Below, in pieces: positions 50,308-63,908 of a DNA stretch of 64,000 nt; position 1 is the stretch's first letter, and each line of letters opens with the position of its first letter. Source of the stretch: Pachysolen tannophilus NRRL Y-2460 (taxonomy: Eukaryota); NCBI GenBank assembly GCA_001661245.1, contig KV454012.1, positions 1,136,848 to 1,200,847 on the forward strand. The letters are read 5' to 3'. The notes under the pieces are model-generated. The model saw only the letters and a list, made by a program, of their open reading frames with translations. It did not search any database and was not told the DNA's origin. Position numbers and translations under genes: made by a program.

Positions 50308-53256
50308 ATGGCAATACCGTATCAGGACGTTGATCATATTATAAATAGGTTACGGGATTTATTTGTGACTAATAATAGAGATGAAAATAATGTTGTAAAG
50401 CCTTTGATTAGAGAAGATTCTGATTTTAATTCTAAAGAATTTGGTGCTTATTTTCCTAATTTAAATTTACACAAGAATTCACCTCCAATTAAATTTAAAT
50501 TAAATGTAACTGGACTTAATGAATTAGAAGATATTGAAGAGATTGATTTGAGCGGTAATGGTGGTGATAGGAAAGCTGGACAACATAAACTGAAATTGAA
50601 ACAGAATGAAAAACAAAAACAAATTGAAAATCAAAATCATAGAGTACGTCATGGTAAGCGCGCTACAATAAGTAATGCAGAATTAAGTATTGATAATTCA
50701 CAACGTCTTGGAGAAATGGAAAATAATCTTAAAAATACAATACCTGTTTCATCCTCGACATTGAAGAACTCAAATCCTCATTTTGCTTCTTTAAGATCAA
50801 CTCAAAGTAACGAAACTTTGTTGTTGAATAATGATAATGCTAATAATATTAATAAGAATTCCCATCATCAGAAAAATAATAGTAGTAGTACTACTACAAC
50901 CGCCACAACCACCACAAATCCGACTGTAAATCAGCATAGTAGGAAAAAATCATCAAATAATATATTGAAGAAATCAAATTTTACAAATTTGTTCAAGCTG
51001 AGAAGTTCCAATAGTAATAATAACCTGGATACTTCTTCTATAGGGAATAAAGTTGTACCTGAAGAAGAGGAAGTACACGGAGGCGGCGGTGAGGATGATG
51101 AAGGTACCATGGGTGATGACTTGGACCTGGACCTGGATATGGACGTCCATGTCAATGAAGAAGAAGAAGACGAAGAAGAAGATGATGAAGATCTTAATAC
51201 AACAGGTGATACTACTGGACAAGATCATAAACCAGGAGTAGAACATTTCAGCGAGGGAAGTGATGACGACGACGATGACGACGACGATGATGATGATTTA
51301 TTACAAGTTGACACATCAAATGGAACCATACATCTTGAAGATATGACCAATATCGACCATGAAAATAATATCACAGGTGCAATTAATCGTGATATAGACG
51401 CGGACGACCTAATTGATGAACAGGCAATTGAAGATGAGGATGAAGATGAGGATGATAGAGATGAAATTGGACAAGTAGGAGACGCAGAAGAAGATATTGA
51501 TGACGATACTGTAGATGATTTAGCGTTATCTGATTCCGATTTTACAGATTCAGATAGTTATTTTATCGATGATGGTTATTCTACTTCTACCAAAAATGAC
51601 AGTATAGTCTCAACAAATTATAACTCTAGCAACAATAATTTAATTTTGAAAAATTCACTGAGACGTAATAAAAATCAGCAATTTTCAAGTTCAATTACAC
51701 CAAATGAAAGTATATTAAACAATGGAAAACATCATTCTCAAAGTCTTACTTCTGGTACTGCCCCGAGAGCTAGGCCGAATGTAGATCTTTTAACTGGGTC
51801 ATTGCTGGACAACCCCGAATCAACAACAACAGCAGCAGCAGCAACAACAACAACAACTTCAAAGAGAAATTTTGATTTTTTTACTAACTTACTTGGAAAT
51901 AAAAATGATATTGAACTTAACGATGAACAGAATGATTTGGTAATCACACAAAAGAAATCAACAGAATTGATAAAACCTCCATTAAAATCAAATTTAACTC
52001 TAATGATTCAAGAACGTTCTCTGAATAAAAATAAAAATCCTTTAGAATATTATGCATCGATTTCTGGTGATGATAATAATAAAGAACTGACAATAGAGTT
52101 GAAAGTTTTCATACCTGCTTCACAAAAGTTTAGTGGTACACCTTTAACTGTAAAAGTGTTGAAAGATGCAAAGATAAAAGATTGTATTGGTTTTATATTA
52201 TTGAAATTATCGCTTTTAAATGAAACTCAATTCATTGAAAAGACTAAAAGTTTGATGAACCCAAATTTTTGGTGTTTAAAAATTGTTGATGAGGAAGAGT
52301 TTGGATTATTGGATAGAAATAAGCCAGTTGTAAGTTATGGAACAGATGAATTATCCTTAGAGCAGGTCTCTACTAGGGAATTTAAATTAAATGAGAAACT
52401 ATATCCATTACCTTTTAGTTTATTTGATTCTGAAGATGAAATTCAATCTAACTCTGCTACTAAAGGAGCATCCATTAAGACAAGTACTATGATTCCAGAA
52501 GAAGTAGCTTTATCATCTGATAAAGGTTCAATTGCATTATCATTAGATAGTACTATAACATTACCTAACAAGCCAACTACTTTGTTAGAAGCCATTGCAT
52601 CATCTGATTCCAAACAGGGAACTAGCAAAGCAAAGAAACAACAACCACAGCAATTGTATCAAAAACCACTGAAGCCTAGAAATAGGACTAAACCAAGAAC
52701 TGCATTGCCCACTGGAAGAAAATCGATGGATGAAGGTAGGAAACATGCTTTTTCATATAAGCCAAATATTTTATCATCATCATCTTTCAAAAATAGATCA
52801 AAACTTTCATCTGCAGTCTCTCATAGAAATAATGCCGCATACACTGATGGGTACAATGATAATCCAAATACAGAATTAACTACATCAACTTTTTTAAAAT
52901 GGACTGTTTGGAGAAGACAACAACTTTCATTTATGAATCGTCACGAACGATCATTATCTATAGATGGTGAATATGTCTACATAATCCCAGACACAGCCAT
53001 AGACGACAAGATCTCTTACAAATACTTGGTTGACGCTTCAAACCTCAAGACCACTTCTTTCCATATATCTCAAATAATAAAATGCAAACAATCCAAGAAA
53101 TACCCAATGAACTTTAAAATAGTCGTCATGAAATCAAATGGCCCCAAAAGATACGACCTAGAAGCTATAAACTCACAGCAGTGCCAGGAAATTGTCACAA
53201 AGTTGAACAGTCTAGTCAAGGCATATAGGATCAATAGTTCAGGTGCTAGTGGATAG
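50308..53256 (+). CDS. AVO1: TORC2 subunit Avo1/Sin1
   Basis: INRLR N-terminus, KSNLTLMI..NPLEYYASISG, CRIM region DCIGFILL..NPNFWCLKIVD, and PH domain WTVWRRQQLSFMNRHERSLSIDGEYVYI..KRYDLEA. Confidence 0.9.
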   Translation: MAIPYQDVDHIINRLRDLFVTNNRDENNVVKPLIREDSDFNSKEFGAYFPNLNLHKNSPPIKFKLNVTGLNELEDIEEIDLSGNGGDRKAGQHKLKLKQNEKQKQIENQNHRVRHGKRATISNAELSIDNSQRLGEMENNLKNTIPVSSSTLKNSNPHFASLRSTQSNETLLLNNDNANNINKNSHHQKNNSSSTTTTATTTTNPTVNQHSRKKSSNNILKKSNFTNLFKLRSSNSNNNLDTSSIGNKVVPEEEEVHGGGGEDDEGTMGDDLDLDLDMDVHVNEEEEDEEEDDEDLNTTGDTTGQDHKPGVEHFSEGSDDDDDDDDDDDDLLQVDTSNGTIHLEDMTNIDHENNITGAINRDIDADDLIDEQAIEDEDEDEDDRDEIGQVGDAEEDIDDDTVDDLALSDSDFTDSDSYFIDDGYSTSTKNDSIVSTNYNSSNNNLILKNSLRRNKNQQFSSSITPNESILNNGKHHSQSLTSGTAPRARPNVDLLTGSLLDNPESTTTAAAATTTTTSKRNFDFFTNLLGNKNDIELNDEQNDLVITQKKSTELIKPPLKSNLTLMIQERSLNKNKNPLEYYASISGDDNNKELTIELKVFIPASQKFSGTPLTVKVLKDAKIKDCIGFILLKLSLLNETQFIEKTKSLMNPNFWCLKIVDEEEFGLLDRNKPVVSYGTDELSLEQVSTREFKLNEKLYPLPFSLFDSEDEIQSNSATKGASIKTSTMIPEEVALSSDKGSIALSLDSTITLPNKPTTLLEAIASSDSKQGTSKAKKQQPQQLYQKPLKPRNRTKPRTALPTGRKSMDEGRKHAFSYKPNILSSSSFKNRSKLSSAVSHRNNAAYTDGYNDNPNTELTTSTFLKWTVWRRQQLSFMNRHERSLSIDGEYVYIIPDTAIDDKISYKYLVDASNLKTTSFHISQIIKCKQSKKYPMNFKIVVMKSNGPKRYDLEAINSQQCQEIVTKLNSLVKAYRINSSGASG

Positions 53257-53373
53257 CCATCTATAAATATAAATAAATATATATTTAAATATATACAAAT
53301 ACAACATTTGTAATGTGATATTTCCGTTTTAGTGAGCTTGATACCGATGGCACTACTTTAATTTTCCTTTTAA

Positions 53374-53404
<31 letters not shown>

Positions 53405-53480
53405 CACTTTAAATTTTTATCAAGTAATTTAAAAGTAGTTAGCGTTTCTTTGTTGTAATTATTTCAATTTATCAGCGGTG

Positions 53481-54413
53481 ATGGAAACCAGGAATTTATC
53501 CTCCAACTGGTTGAAGCTTCAGAAGAAGAATGAGTCCAAAAATGGTATATCCAAAAAGAAGCGAAAACTGAATGCGAAAACTGTGACAAATGTCAGTAAA
53601 ATAAGCTCATCTTCTAAGAAAGTTACAAATAAAGATCAAGCTTTAAAGATACTTGACAAGGTAACTCAGGATTTAGATTCAAAAACAATAGGTTCTTCTA
53701 AGGTTTGTAAAACGGCTACAGAGCTAGCATTATGGGCTCAGGACAATGATATCAATAAATCAGATTTAGAAGATGCTTATAATTTATCTCAAAAAATTAA
53801 TAATGGCTTATCAATAATACCGGATAATAATATATCAACTTCCAGAAAGACAGATGTAGGGAAATTTTTGGCAATAGATTGTGAATTTGTTGGTATTGGT
53901 CCTGAGGGCACGGAATCTGCTTTGGCAAGAGTTTCTATTGTTAATTTTTATGGTCATACTTTATTAGATGTATTTGTAAAACCTAGAGAAAAAGTAACGG
54001 ATTGGCGAACATGGGTTAGTGGGATATTACCAATACATATGAAAAACGCAATTTCATTCAAGAAAGCCCAAAAACTTGTATCTGACTTATTGGTGGGACG
54101 AGTACTAGTTGGTCATGCAGTAAATCATGATTTAGATTCGTTAATGCTATCACATTCTGGTTATTTAACTAGAGACACTTCAAAGCATCCACCTTTTAGA
54201 AAAATAAGTAATGGGAAAACACCAGCATTGAAAAAATTGGCTAAAGAATTTTTAAATATAGATATACAAGGAGGAGAACATTCGTCTGTAGAAGATGCCA
54301 GAGCAACCATGTTATTATATAGATTGCATAAGAAAGAATTTGAAAAATTGCATAGGCTGAAGTATGGTAATCATAATCATAATAGTAACTATAACAAGAG
54401 TGAGAAATCTTAG
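53481..54413 (+). CDS. REX4: DEDDh RNA exonuclease 4
   Basis: [50 protein letters not shown]. Confidence 0.94.
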   Translation: METRNLSSNWLKLQKKNESKNGISKKKRKLNAKTVTNVSKISSSSKKVTNKDQALKILDKVTQDLDSKTIGSSKVCKTATELALWAQDNDINKSDLEDAYNLSQKINNGLSIIPDNNISTSRKTDVGKFLAIDCEFVGIGPEGTESALARVSIVNFYGHTLLDVFVKPREKVTDWRTWVSGILPIHMKNAISFKKAQKLVSDLLVGRVLVGHAVNHDLDSLMLSHSGYLTRDTSKHPPFRKISNGKTPALKKLAKEFLNIDIQGGEHSSVEDARATMLLYRLHKKEFEKLHRLKYGNHNHNSNYNKSEKS

Positions 54414-54781
54414 AATGGAGTTTGATTTTGTTTAATTTTAGTTTTACTGGGAAGATTTTTTTTTTTTTTTTGGTCTTTTTTGTCATTTGTATATTAAATC
54501 CTTAAATCCATTTATAGAACTTTATGATACAGTTATATATTAAATTGTAGTAAAAGAATTATAAAGCATAGAAATGACTTAATGCGTACCTATTCAAAAC
54601 AGTGAATAAACAAAAAGAAGAAAAAAAAATTTAAAGAAACGTAACAAATGTCCATGACAATATAACAGGATATAACCAGAAAAATAAAAATTATGTGTAA
54701 AAGGTTAATATTAAATTGAAATAAAAAACAAACAACAAACAAACAAAAAAAAAAAAAAAATTAATAATAAGCAAAAGTCCA

Positions 54782-57700
54782 TTAATCATCATCTAAAACT
54801 GAAGAAAGTATTGTGTTAATCATTTTTATAAGCGTAGGGATTACTGCCCCATTAATTCTATCATTTAAAATAAATAAATTGCACTCGGCAAATCTCATAT
54901 CTTTGGCTCCAACTAAGTTGTAATTCTTAACCAACTCATTTAATTCTTCCAGAAATTCCTCTAGTCTTTGATATTTACTGGATTTGATAGCATCTGATGA
55001 TATATCGTAAGCGCAATTCAATAAAAGTTGAGTAGAGGTATTTGTACAAACTTTTCTTAAAAGATTTTTTATCTCTGGATAAAGCAACCATCTTAAGCGC
55101 TCTGATCTTTCTGAAATGTACTTATACATCAATAGGAATCGATAATTCGATAACTCACTTGCTGCCAGTGACGACTGGTAAATAGTTCCTTTCATTAACG
55201 TTAAGACTGGAAAGTCCGAATTGCTTAATAAGAAATCAACAAGAACTTTTGGAATTGAAATATGGTCATCTAACTTAATCAATTCAAGGTTTTCTATAGA
55301 TGCTTGCTTCATATAATCAAGCAATTCGTTATCACTCTTCACTAAAATAAAGATGATGACCAAATACGAAAAGCAGCGATCATCTATAGGACCATTAGTG
55401 ATCTTTGACTTTAATATGGCATTTTTCAGCCTGACTTTGAATGAAATCAATAACGCAGTAAAAGCTGAATGCTTCGTGTGTCTTTCTTGAAGGCCCCTTA
55501 TAAAAATGGAAATGACTATTAAGTCAAGATTCTCTGGTGTAACCGCTAAATCAAAAGATTTTTCATAATCTTCGATAACAGAAGAAAAAATTTCACGCTT
55601 TTTGAAAAGTCCTTCAATAAGGTCTCCGTTAACAAACTTACCACGTTTATCAATTGCCTCTAAAGATTTTGCTAGTAACTGTATGGAAGTTTGCGCAAAA
55701 AGCTCACTATCAGCATAATTTAAAGTTAAAGATAGCCAATAGAACCTTTCAGTGTAAGGTGAACTTGGTGATAGACCTTCCACGACTCTGCCTAAAGTAT
55801 AAAGTGCACAAATAATTAAATTGAAACTTTTGATATCTGGAATCTGTTGACAGAATCCGACTGTTGTAATCAAAACTTTTCCAACTAACATATCAGTAAC
55901 ACCATAGCTTGCCAAAGTACCTAGCAATAAAAATGCTCGATCCTGAAGCATTGAATTATCTCTGAAAGCGGCATCAACTGCATAACTGTTCCATCTGGCT
56001 CTCCACTTGTTTCTGTCCAGAATATCACCACTAACACTGATGAATTTAATCAACGACTCACAGTATGTTTCCAAAGCAGATATTTTCTGAATAATATTAG
56101 CATCATTTTCGATCAAATTGGTAGTATAACCGTCCCTGTTTAGACCTAATAGTAATTTAGTCCTATCGTCATAAAAGTTTGAAATAATAGAAATAATTTG
56201 ATTCTTATTTTCTTCACTAAGATCATCTTTAGACAAAAAAGAATTCATAACGTTGACCACTAACTTATGCAAAGAAACTCGTAATTCTTTTGGACCCATA
56301 TCCATATATATGGTAGAAATATAAAGAATATCGGCCATAAACATTTCAGAAAAAAATAAAGAATCAAAAAATAAGGTAACACATGCGTTGACTAAAACTG
56401 TGATTTCAATCCAGCTGGTATGGGTAAATATCGAACTCTCATTCTCAGGTTTAGGAATATGTGATAATTCTCTTAGTCTTGTGACTACTTTACCGCAGAC
56501 TTCAACAGTTGGGGTTAAAGTCAACAATGAAATGATATCGTCCCATGGCTTACCTTCGGCTTCACGATCAATAGCAGCCCCAACAACTTCTTTGATTAAA
56601 ATAAATGCTATTCCATCTTGTAAAGCTAGCTTGCTCCAAACATACCTTTGAAATATAACCAAATTTTCTTTATGCATTATAGATACTTCAATAAATTTCC
56701 TAAGTAACAGTGATGCTTTTTCATCCTGAAATTCCTCGTCAAGTAAATTGATATTTTTAAAAACATCTTGAATAAATGCTGAAACATACATGATTGTACT
56801 AGGCCTTTGATAAGAAGCAGAATTTTTATAAGCAGCAAAAAATCCGTTGACGATATCATAAGAATAATTTTTATGATTTTCTGCAAGAGTCTTAGCCGTT
56901 TTGATAACATATGACGCATTGTCTTGAGGGAAATTAACACTAGATGATGACTGCATTCTTCTCCCAAGATCAATTCTGAAAGACTTACTTAATGAGCATA
57001 ATAAGGTGTAAGCAACTTTACGAATTTCTTCATCATCTGAAAGCAATCCAACAAAATCAATGTTAATCAATTCACCAATCCAAAATTCAATTCTTGTAAT
57101 ATTATACTCTTCTTTATGCGATAAGGAAGTGTTTCTAGTCTTTGAAAAGTAAATTGTTCTCATAATTTCGATTTTCTTAGGAGAAGCCAATATCAACTGA
57201 GAACCGTCAATCGAATTAGTAATACAAATTTCATCAGGAACACCTGTTATACTTGATGCTTCGGCACCAGATAAATCCGATATTCTATAAATATCGGTAA
57301 TGGTAAGTGATTTCATAACATTGCATACTTTGAATTTAGTAGGTTGTCTGAAACCAATTTGAAGAAATTCATCACCAATTTTAATTGTTACTGGAACAAA
57401 CCTTTTTTGTAAAGGTTCATATAATGAAACATCATTGAAAACGACTCTACTATCGTCACCAACTGCTGTAGATGATGCCGACAAACCAAAGCCAATCTTA
57501 TTAGAGTCGAAACAACTTGCAAAATGAAATATATCTTTGGAATGGTCAAGAAAAGAACTGACCTCTAACATTTTAAGATTCTGTAATAAAATCCCAAAAT
57601 ATTTTTGAGAGACGTTATAATAATAAATACGATCAAGATTCTTCCTCATAATGTCAGTGACATACAATTGGGCTAGTTTATCAATAGCCTTAAAGAATTC

Positions 57701-60700
57701 GACCGTACCATTAAAACCTGTGCAATCTATGACAATATAAAACTTAGAATCCCAAATTTTAGAAGCAACGTGAAATATATAGTACATGAGCAATTCAGAA
57801 TCTTCCAGTGAGGCACTTTTCAAACTACAATAGTTTAGTACAATTGTTGGGGTACCATCAGAGGAAATTGTTTCATGAACCAAGGACTCCTCACTCGAAT
57901 CAAATTCTCTCATAGAAAACTTTGACATGAATTCATAAAGACTATTTTCACCTTCTTTACTGTTTTCTTTAATAGATTCAGGTATTTGATGCCCATAAAG
58001 CATGTGTGGTTGACCTAGGGCACATAAATAGTTATCAAACTTCGAAAAAACCTCAATTTTCTCTTCAATTGAAATATCTGGATATGAAAGATAACACTCT
58101 CTAATTTTTTGAGCATAATTATAAAAGAATCTGTGCAAGAATCTAAAATCAAAGTTTTCAGTAACATTGACAGGATCTATAAAATCCGTTTTTGGAGTAA
58201 ATTTGGCAACCTCTTTCAAAAAGTTAGTTATTTGAACATGCAAAATTGTCAATTCATTCATTCTACTCAATAATAATGGTGACTTTATAGAGGTTATTGA
58301 GCTGTTTGCCAATATTTGGATAACCCTCGCTAACTGTAAACATGATTTTTTAAATTGAGCATCGGGTATGAAATTTATGATTTCACTAGACTCTGGGGTA
58401 ACAATTGCTGGGACAATAAAACGCAAGAACATAAAAGCAGAGACTGAGTATGTTTTCGAGTCCGGTAAAATAGACCCGGTTGTTTCATAAATAACTGAAG
58501 AAATATACTTAAAGTCATTCGGAAGATATTCAATGGATCCGACTATAGAATTGACCAACTCATGCAAAGATTCCATGAAAACATCAAGTTTTTCCTGAGA
58601 AGAAGGATCATCAATACTTAACTTATCAATATCAATATTTTGCTTCGACTCTGCAATTTTTAATAAAGTTGGTTTCAAAACTCTTTGCAAATAATCCAAG
58701 CCTCCCCTTTTACAGTATAAAGCAAGCATCCTGGTTGCCACAGTGTTGTATCTCAAAAGATTCTTTTCATTCTTGACATTGGAAATCTCTCTTTTGAGTA
58801 ATGCACATACTGTATCCAAGATTTGTATTTTATTATCTGAAATACTTAATAACGATAAAGCCAAAGTATCAATATCTGAATTAGGACAGGATTCTGCAAT
58901 ACTTACAGCAAGTGGAAGATTTTTCAGTATTAACTGTGAGCACTCATGAAAAATTCGCAGGTTTTCAATATCCGGGTTATCATAAACATTGACCCGATCG
59001 ACTATGTTCGCAAAAACTTTTAAAAGTGATAACCTAATTTTACGTGATTGGTTATAGCTCAATGGTAAAGCAAACTCTAAACCAACATCAACATTTGATT
59101 GAATCAAATTGGCTAAGCCAAGAACTGCACTGTCCACAACGATATTAATTTTATGTTTTAAACTCAAGCCCATTTCAGCAGAATTAATTCCATTATATTT
59201 TTCCAAAATACGGTACAATAATGAAAAATAGTTACCAAATACAACTTTTTTAGACCTAATTAACTCTTTTTCATGAGTAGCTTGAGGTGCCTCCAAAGGT
59301 AAAGACTCTAGTAAACCAACCATGACTTTTAGTGATTCAACACCAACATCAAAGTAAAGCAAATCCATTTCTCTTTTTTCCTTGGTATCACTAGGAATAA
59401 GAGTAGAACTGGTTTTTTTAGCAATCAAAAGAACTTTTGTGACTTTGTTCTTTTCTCCAGATTCATGCATTAACCCCTTTTCTGTCCACTCCAAAAACCT
59501 TCGAGCAAAAATATTTCTATATTTTATTAGACCCCAAGTAGACATCTTCAGTTTACAAGAATCGATGAACTGACACACTTTTCCTAATTTCAATTTTATT
59601 TTCAATACATGGAAACTATCAGGTATCGAATCTAAAATTTGAACAAATATTAAAGTTGAGAGATATAAATCAGAGACCAAAGAGTATACATATTGGGGAT
59701 CTGCCGTAAAATAATATCTCACGATTGAAATATACTGTTCTATCAAGCTGAGGTCGGTTTCTGTGAGAGCTGTAACATCTTTTTTCTTAATTTCAGCTGT
59801 TTGTTTAACCATTGCGGCTACAACAAACTTGAAACATAAAGGATGCATTTCAGATGATAGTACTTCTCTTGCTGTTTCCCTAATTCTCAAATTTGCTGAC
59901 TCCAATAATTGCATCTTCTGAGTAATAAAAGTGTCGATTTTTTCCAAGAACTCTTCTCTTAACTTTTTATCTTTAAAAGAATTGGTCAAGAATATGCCGC
60001 TTGCTGAAGCCAAATTATTGGCATAAAATGAATCATCCTTATCTTGTTCAACAACTGATTGCCATTTGCTGAAAAGTTTTAACCAAGTTTCAATAACCCC
60101 TGATGTTGGTCGAACTTTATCAATATAGAGCTTCTTCATCTTTCTTTGCAAAGCCACCAAACCTGTTATGACTGAAGCGTCATCATTTATACTCTTGTAT
60201 AACGTCATATTAACATCCGCATAACATCGGTCTTCATGGAAATTTGCATCCAGTTCTAAAATGAAATATTTGAGTGCTCTTCTCGTTAATCTAAAAATAT
60301 CAAGGTCAGGTAAAAGGAAGGTAGCCAAGAATGCTCTCTCCAATGATTCGTTAATTTCTTGGCAAATACTAGCTTGATGAATGTCTTCCAAGCTAGATAT
60401 CGGTGATAACTCTGAATTCATTCCATTATATTTACCTTCCATAAGAGTGACCAAAAAATCCAAGACCTCCTTTACCTTGTTTACCGGTAATTGAGTTTCA
60501 AGTGATTCTCCAAGTAAGTTACTAACAGCCAAGATATTATAGGAACATGCACCAACGAAAAACATTTTAGCGCCAAATGATTTCGCGCTTCTTAGTTTTT
60601 CTAAAAAGCCTAGTGAAAATAATGATGCTGCGTCAACTATATTCGAGTCATCCTCTGCAACTAAATAAACAATGGGAGAAATTAATTCTTCAACTTTAGT

Positions 60701-62924
60701 AAAGCAATTTTTGCAAAAAACTGGATTTTTAATTAGATCATTAAAAAATTCCTCTGTCAGACCTTCTGGGAATAAATACAGCAATGGCTTGGCACGGTAA
60801 ACAGCCAACAAATTTACTAAGATAGTCTTGTACAAGACAAGAGTGTCGCATATTTCTATGGGAGAAAGTGTACTTGTACTTCCTGAACTATGGGCAATTG
60901 ACTGGGTAACTAATTGTTGAGCTGATAATGACGAAGACCTGTATAAAGTTTGTTTTTTACTTTCACGCTTATTTTTAAGAAGTCTAAAATTTGAAATCGA
61001 ATCCTTTTTATGAGGTTTTGGAGGGAGACGATGGTGATGTGGGAAGACATTTCCTCCACTAATACTGCTACCAGAAGAAGAATCCTTACTTGTAGAAGAA
61101 AAAGCAGAGCTATCATCTTTCAAAGTTGATGGTTTCTCCGTGACTAGTGGTGATACTGGCGAAGAATAAGCTGATACTAAAGGTGGTGATGACGATGGTA
61201 TGGAAGCAGATGCCGCAATTCTTTGAGAATTGGAATCTTTGATTACAAGCTCTGCTGCTTTCAATATAAACTCCCTTAGTTCGTTAGAGCATTGATCGAG
61301 ATATATGATGAAATATTTTTTGGCGTCAGGGTTTGTACTCAAAGCTCTTAATCCACCTGAAATAATTTTCATAATTGGTAATGAAATTTCAGGGTCTTTA
61401 ACTTGTTTGATAACCTTATTGATGAACTGATCACCTAACAAGATTGTTGCAGCGACAAAATAATCAACTCTTAAACTATCAACTAAGGTCGTCACAGCTC
61501 CTGCAATATATGTACAAGGATTATCCATAGATAAAGTATCGTATAACAATTCTGAATAATGAAAAGAAAATTTAACTAGTTGAGAATCAGGATTATATTT
61601 TTTTGTCGAACCAGCAATTATCATTACATTTACAATACAACGGGTCGCAGCTGTTAATTTGGGCCCTTTTATGGTGACTTGTTTTATTATTTCTTTTAAA
61701 AATAATTGTTGATTTGTCCTTGGAGCAAATACTTTTAATTTATTTGCATTCATGAAATGATCAAGTGAAGTTGGAGATATTAACAATGTGAAAATTAAAA
61801 AAACTGAAAGAGATTCAAAATATTGAAAATTTAAATCAAATTTTTTAAATAGCGATTCAAAAATCTTGTCACTTACATTTGATAATTCACTATTTGTACT
61901 ATTAACAGCTTTAACGTATTGTTGTGGATTAGAAAGTATCCAAAATCTTATACTTTCTGTTAGAAATAAAAGTACTAATTGTTGATGAGTTTCTAACTTG
62001 ATAGCTTCAATTTCTGACAGAAGTTTTTTCAAATAAGAAATGATCAAATTTTCATCAAAATAAATTAAAGAGAGTAAATCTGCATATTGATAATAATTTG
62101 CATTTATATTGATATTTGTTATTGGTGTTGATTGTTTTTCTATTAATTGAGATTTTAAGAAAAAAAGAAAATTTCCTGGATTTGATGCAGCCAAATATCT
62201 TAAAATTGATTCACAATTTAGATCTATGCTATCTATTAATGATTGATGAATATGATTTGGTTCAAAATTTTCATTTCCTTTCATTTCATTTATTTTTTCT
62301 AAAACTGCTCTACCAGATTTCAAATTTGCTATTATCAGTAATGCTTTATTCATTGTATCATCATCCAATTTCTTTGGACGTACAGTATGATAATATACTC
62401 TTGAAGCTGATGAACCTATTCCAGCAACAGAACTCAATTCATTTGAATTATAATCTTTCTTAATATATTTTACAGAAGTTTCTTCCATAGTATTCCAATT
62501 AACTTCCAATAAATCAGAAAGTAATCTTAACATTACTAAAATTGATCTTAATGAAAGCTTCTTACGGTCCACTAATGGAACATATTTATCGTACTAAATA
62601 AATTATTAATAATTAAAAAATTGTTAGTATAATGGAATTGTTTTGAAATTAATAATTGATAAATTATGAATTTTTATTAACCATTATTTTACTTACAGCA
62701 TTGATCTCTTCTAAAATTGAACATGTACATCTTATCATATCAGAAAATTTATCTGTTTCTGCAATTTTTAGTAAAGTATTTCTACTTCTTACAAAAAAAA
62801 CATCTATCTCCAATTCCGACACTGTTAACCCTGATTTCAAAGGAAGCTGAGGACCTATCCTTGAATATATGGATTCCACAAGAGAACCAGCAGGAATATT
62901 CGACTTATCCCATATCAACCCCAT
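54782..62924 (-). CDS. IRA2: Neurofibromin-like Ras GAP (single Ira1/Ira2 homologue), 2 exons: 62924-62697 and 62593-54782
   Basis: RasGAP motifs LLRYNTVATR and FMFLRFIVPAIVTP, followed by a Sec14-PH-like region. Phase-0 intron GTAAGT(62696)..TACTAAC..TAG(62594) adds a 76-codon exon, giving about 2679 aa. Next to REX4. Confidence 0.9.
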
Positions 62925-63908
62925 TATAAAGTATATACATACATATATATATATATATGTATATATATATGAAGTGATTAATTGCTCTTGTATATGATTT
63001 TATATATCGAATTGCTATGCTACTTCAATAATAACAAAACAATATTCCCAAAAAAAAAATAAAAATTTAATTCTTTATCTATGATTATCAATTAAAAAAT
63101 GGGTAATTATTTGATTTAATGATTTAATTTATTTCTGTTTAATGTTTAAAAAAAAAAATAAATATTAAACTTGAAACCCCATCCAATTGATCATCAAGAT
63201 AAACTTCTTTGATACCTCGATAACAATAACAATAACAATAACAATGTCTATTTATATTCTTATTCTTATTGTTATTATTAATATTAATATTACTCCAATT
63301 ACTTTTTATAAATATTTAAGTTAACCGCTGTTACAAATTGTATATAATTTGCCTTATACTAGTTAAAGAAGGTATCTATCTGTTTTAACGGTTTCGTTAA
63401 ACTTAGTCGCAAAGAGAACAAAAAAAAATCAAAAAAAAAAAAAAAACCAAAAAAAAAGAAATTAAAAACAGCTTTTTGATTATCTGCGCACTACTGTGTT
63501 TACATATATATATACATATATACCACATCACAGCGCGATTAAGGTACAGTGCTTACCGCTCATACATTAGGCGCATCGCAAGATGAATTTATAATTATTT
63601 TAAATGTGGACCGCAGTTAAAGTACACAGATGCGTACCACAGATGTAGTAAAGAAGAGCGCAAAAAAAGGTTTTTTATTATTATTTTCTTCAATAGTAGT
63701 AGTAGTAGTAGTAGTTATAATGATTACTATTAAGACAGGAATATCAAAACACAAGTATATTTCTGATTGTAATTTATTTTAAAAATTATGGAGCAAGCCA
63801 TTAAGGAATGTATATTATTAGCTACTTTTTCAAATTTATTTTTTTTTTTTTTTTTTGTTGAGCCAGAAGCAATTTACTAACTTATTATTATTTTTATTAT
63901 TTATTTAG

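Noticed and set aside
63720..63766. ATGATTA...CTGA resembling an intronic box C/D snoRNA upstream of RPL27 exon 2
   Set aside because: Only about 47 nt, imperfect C box, and no terminal stem or rRNA guide recognised.
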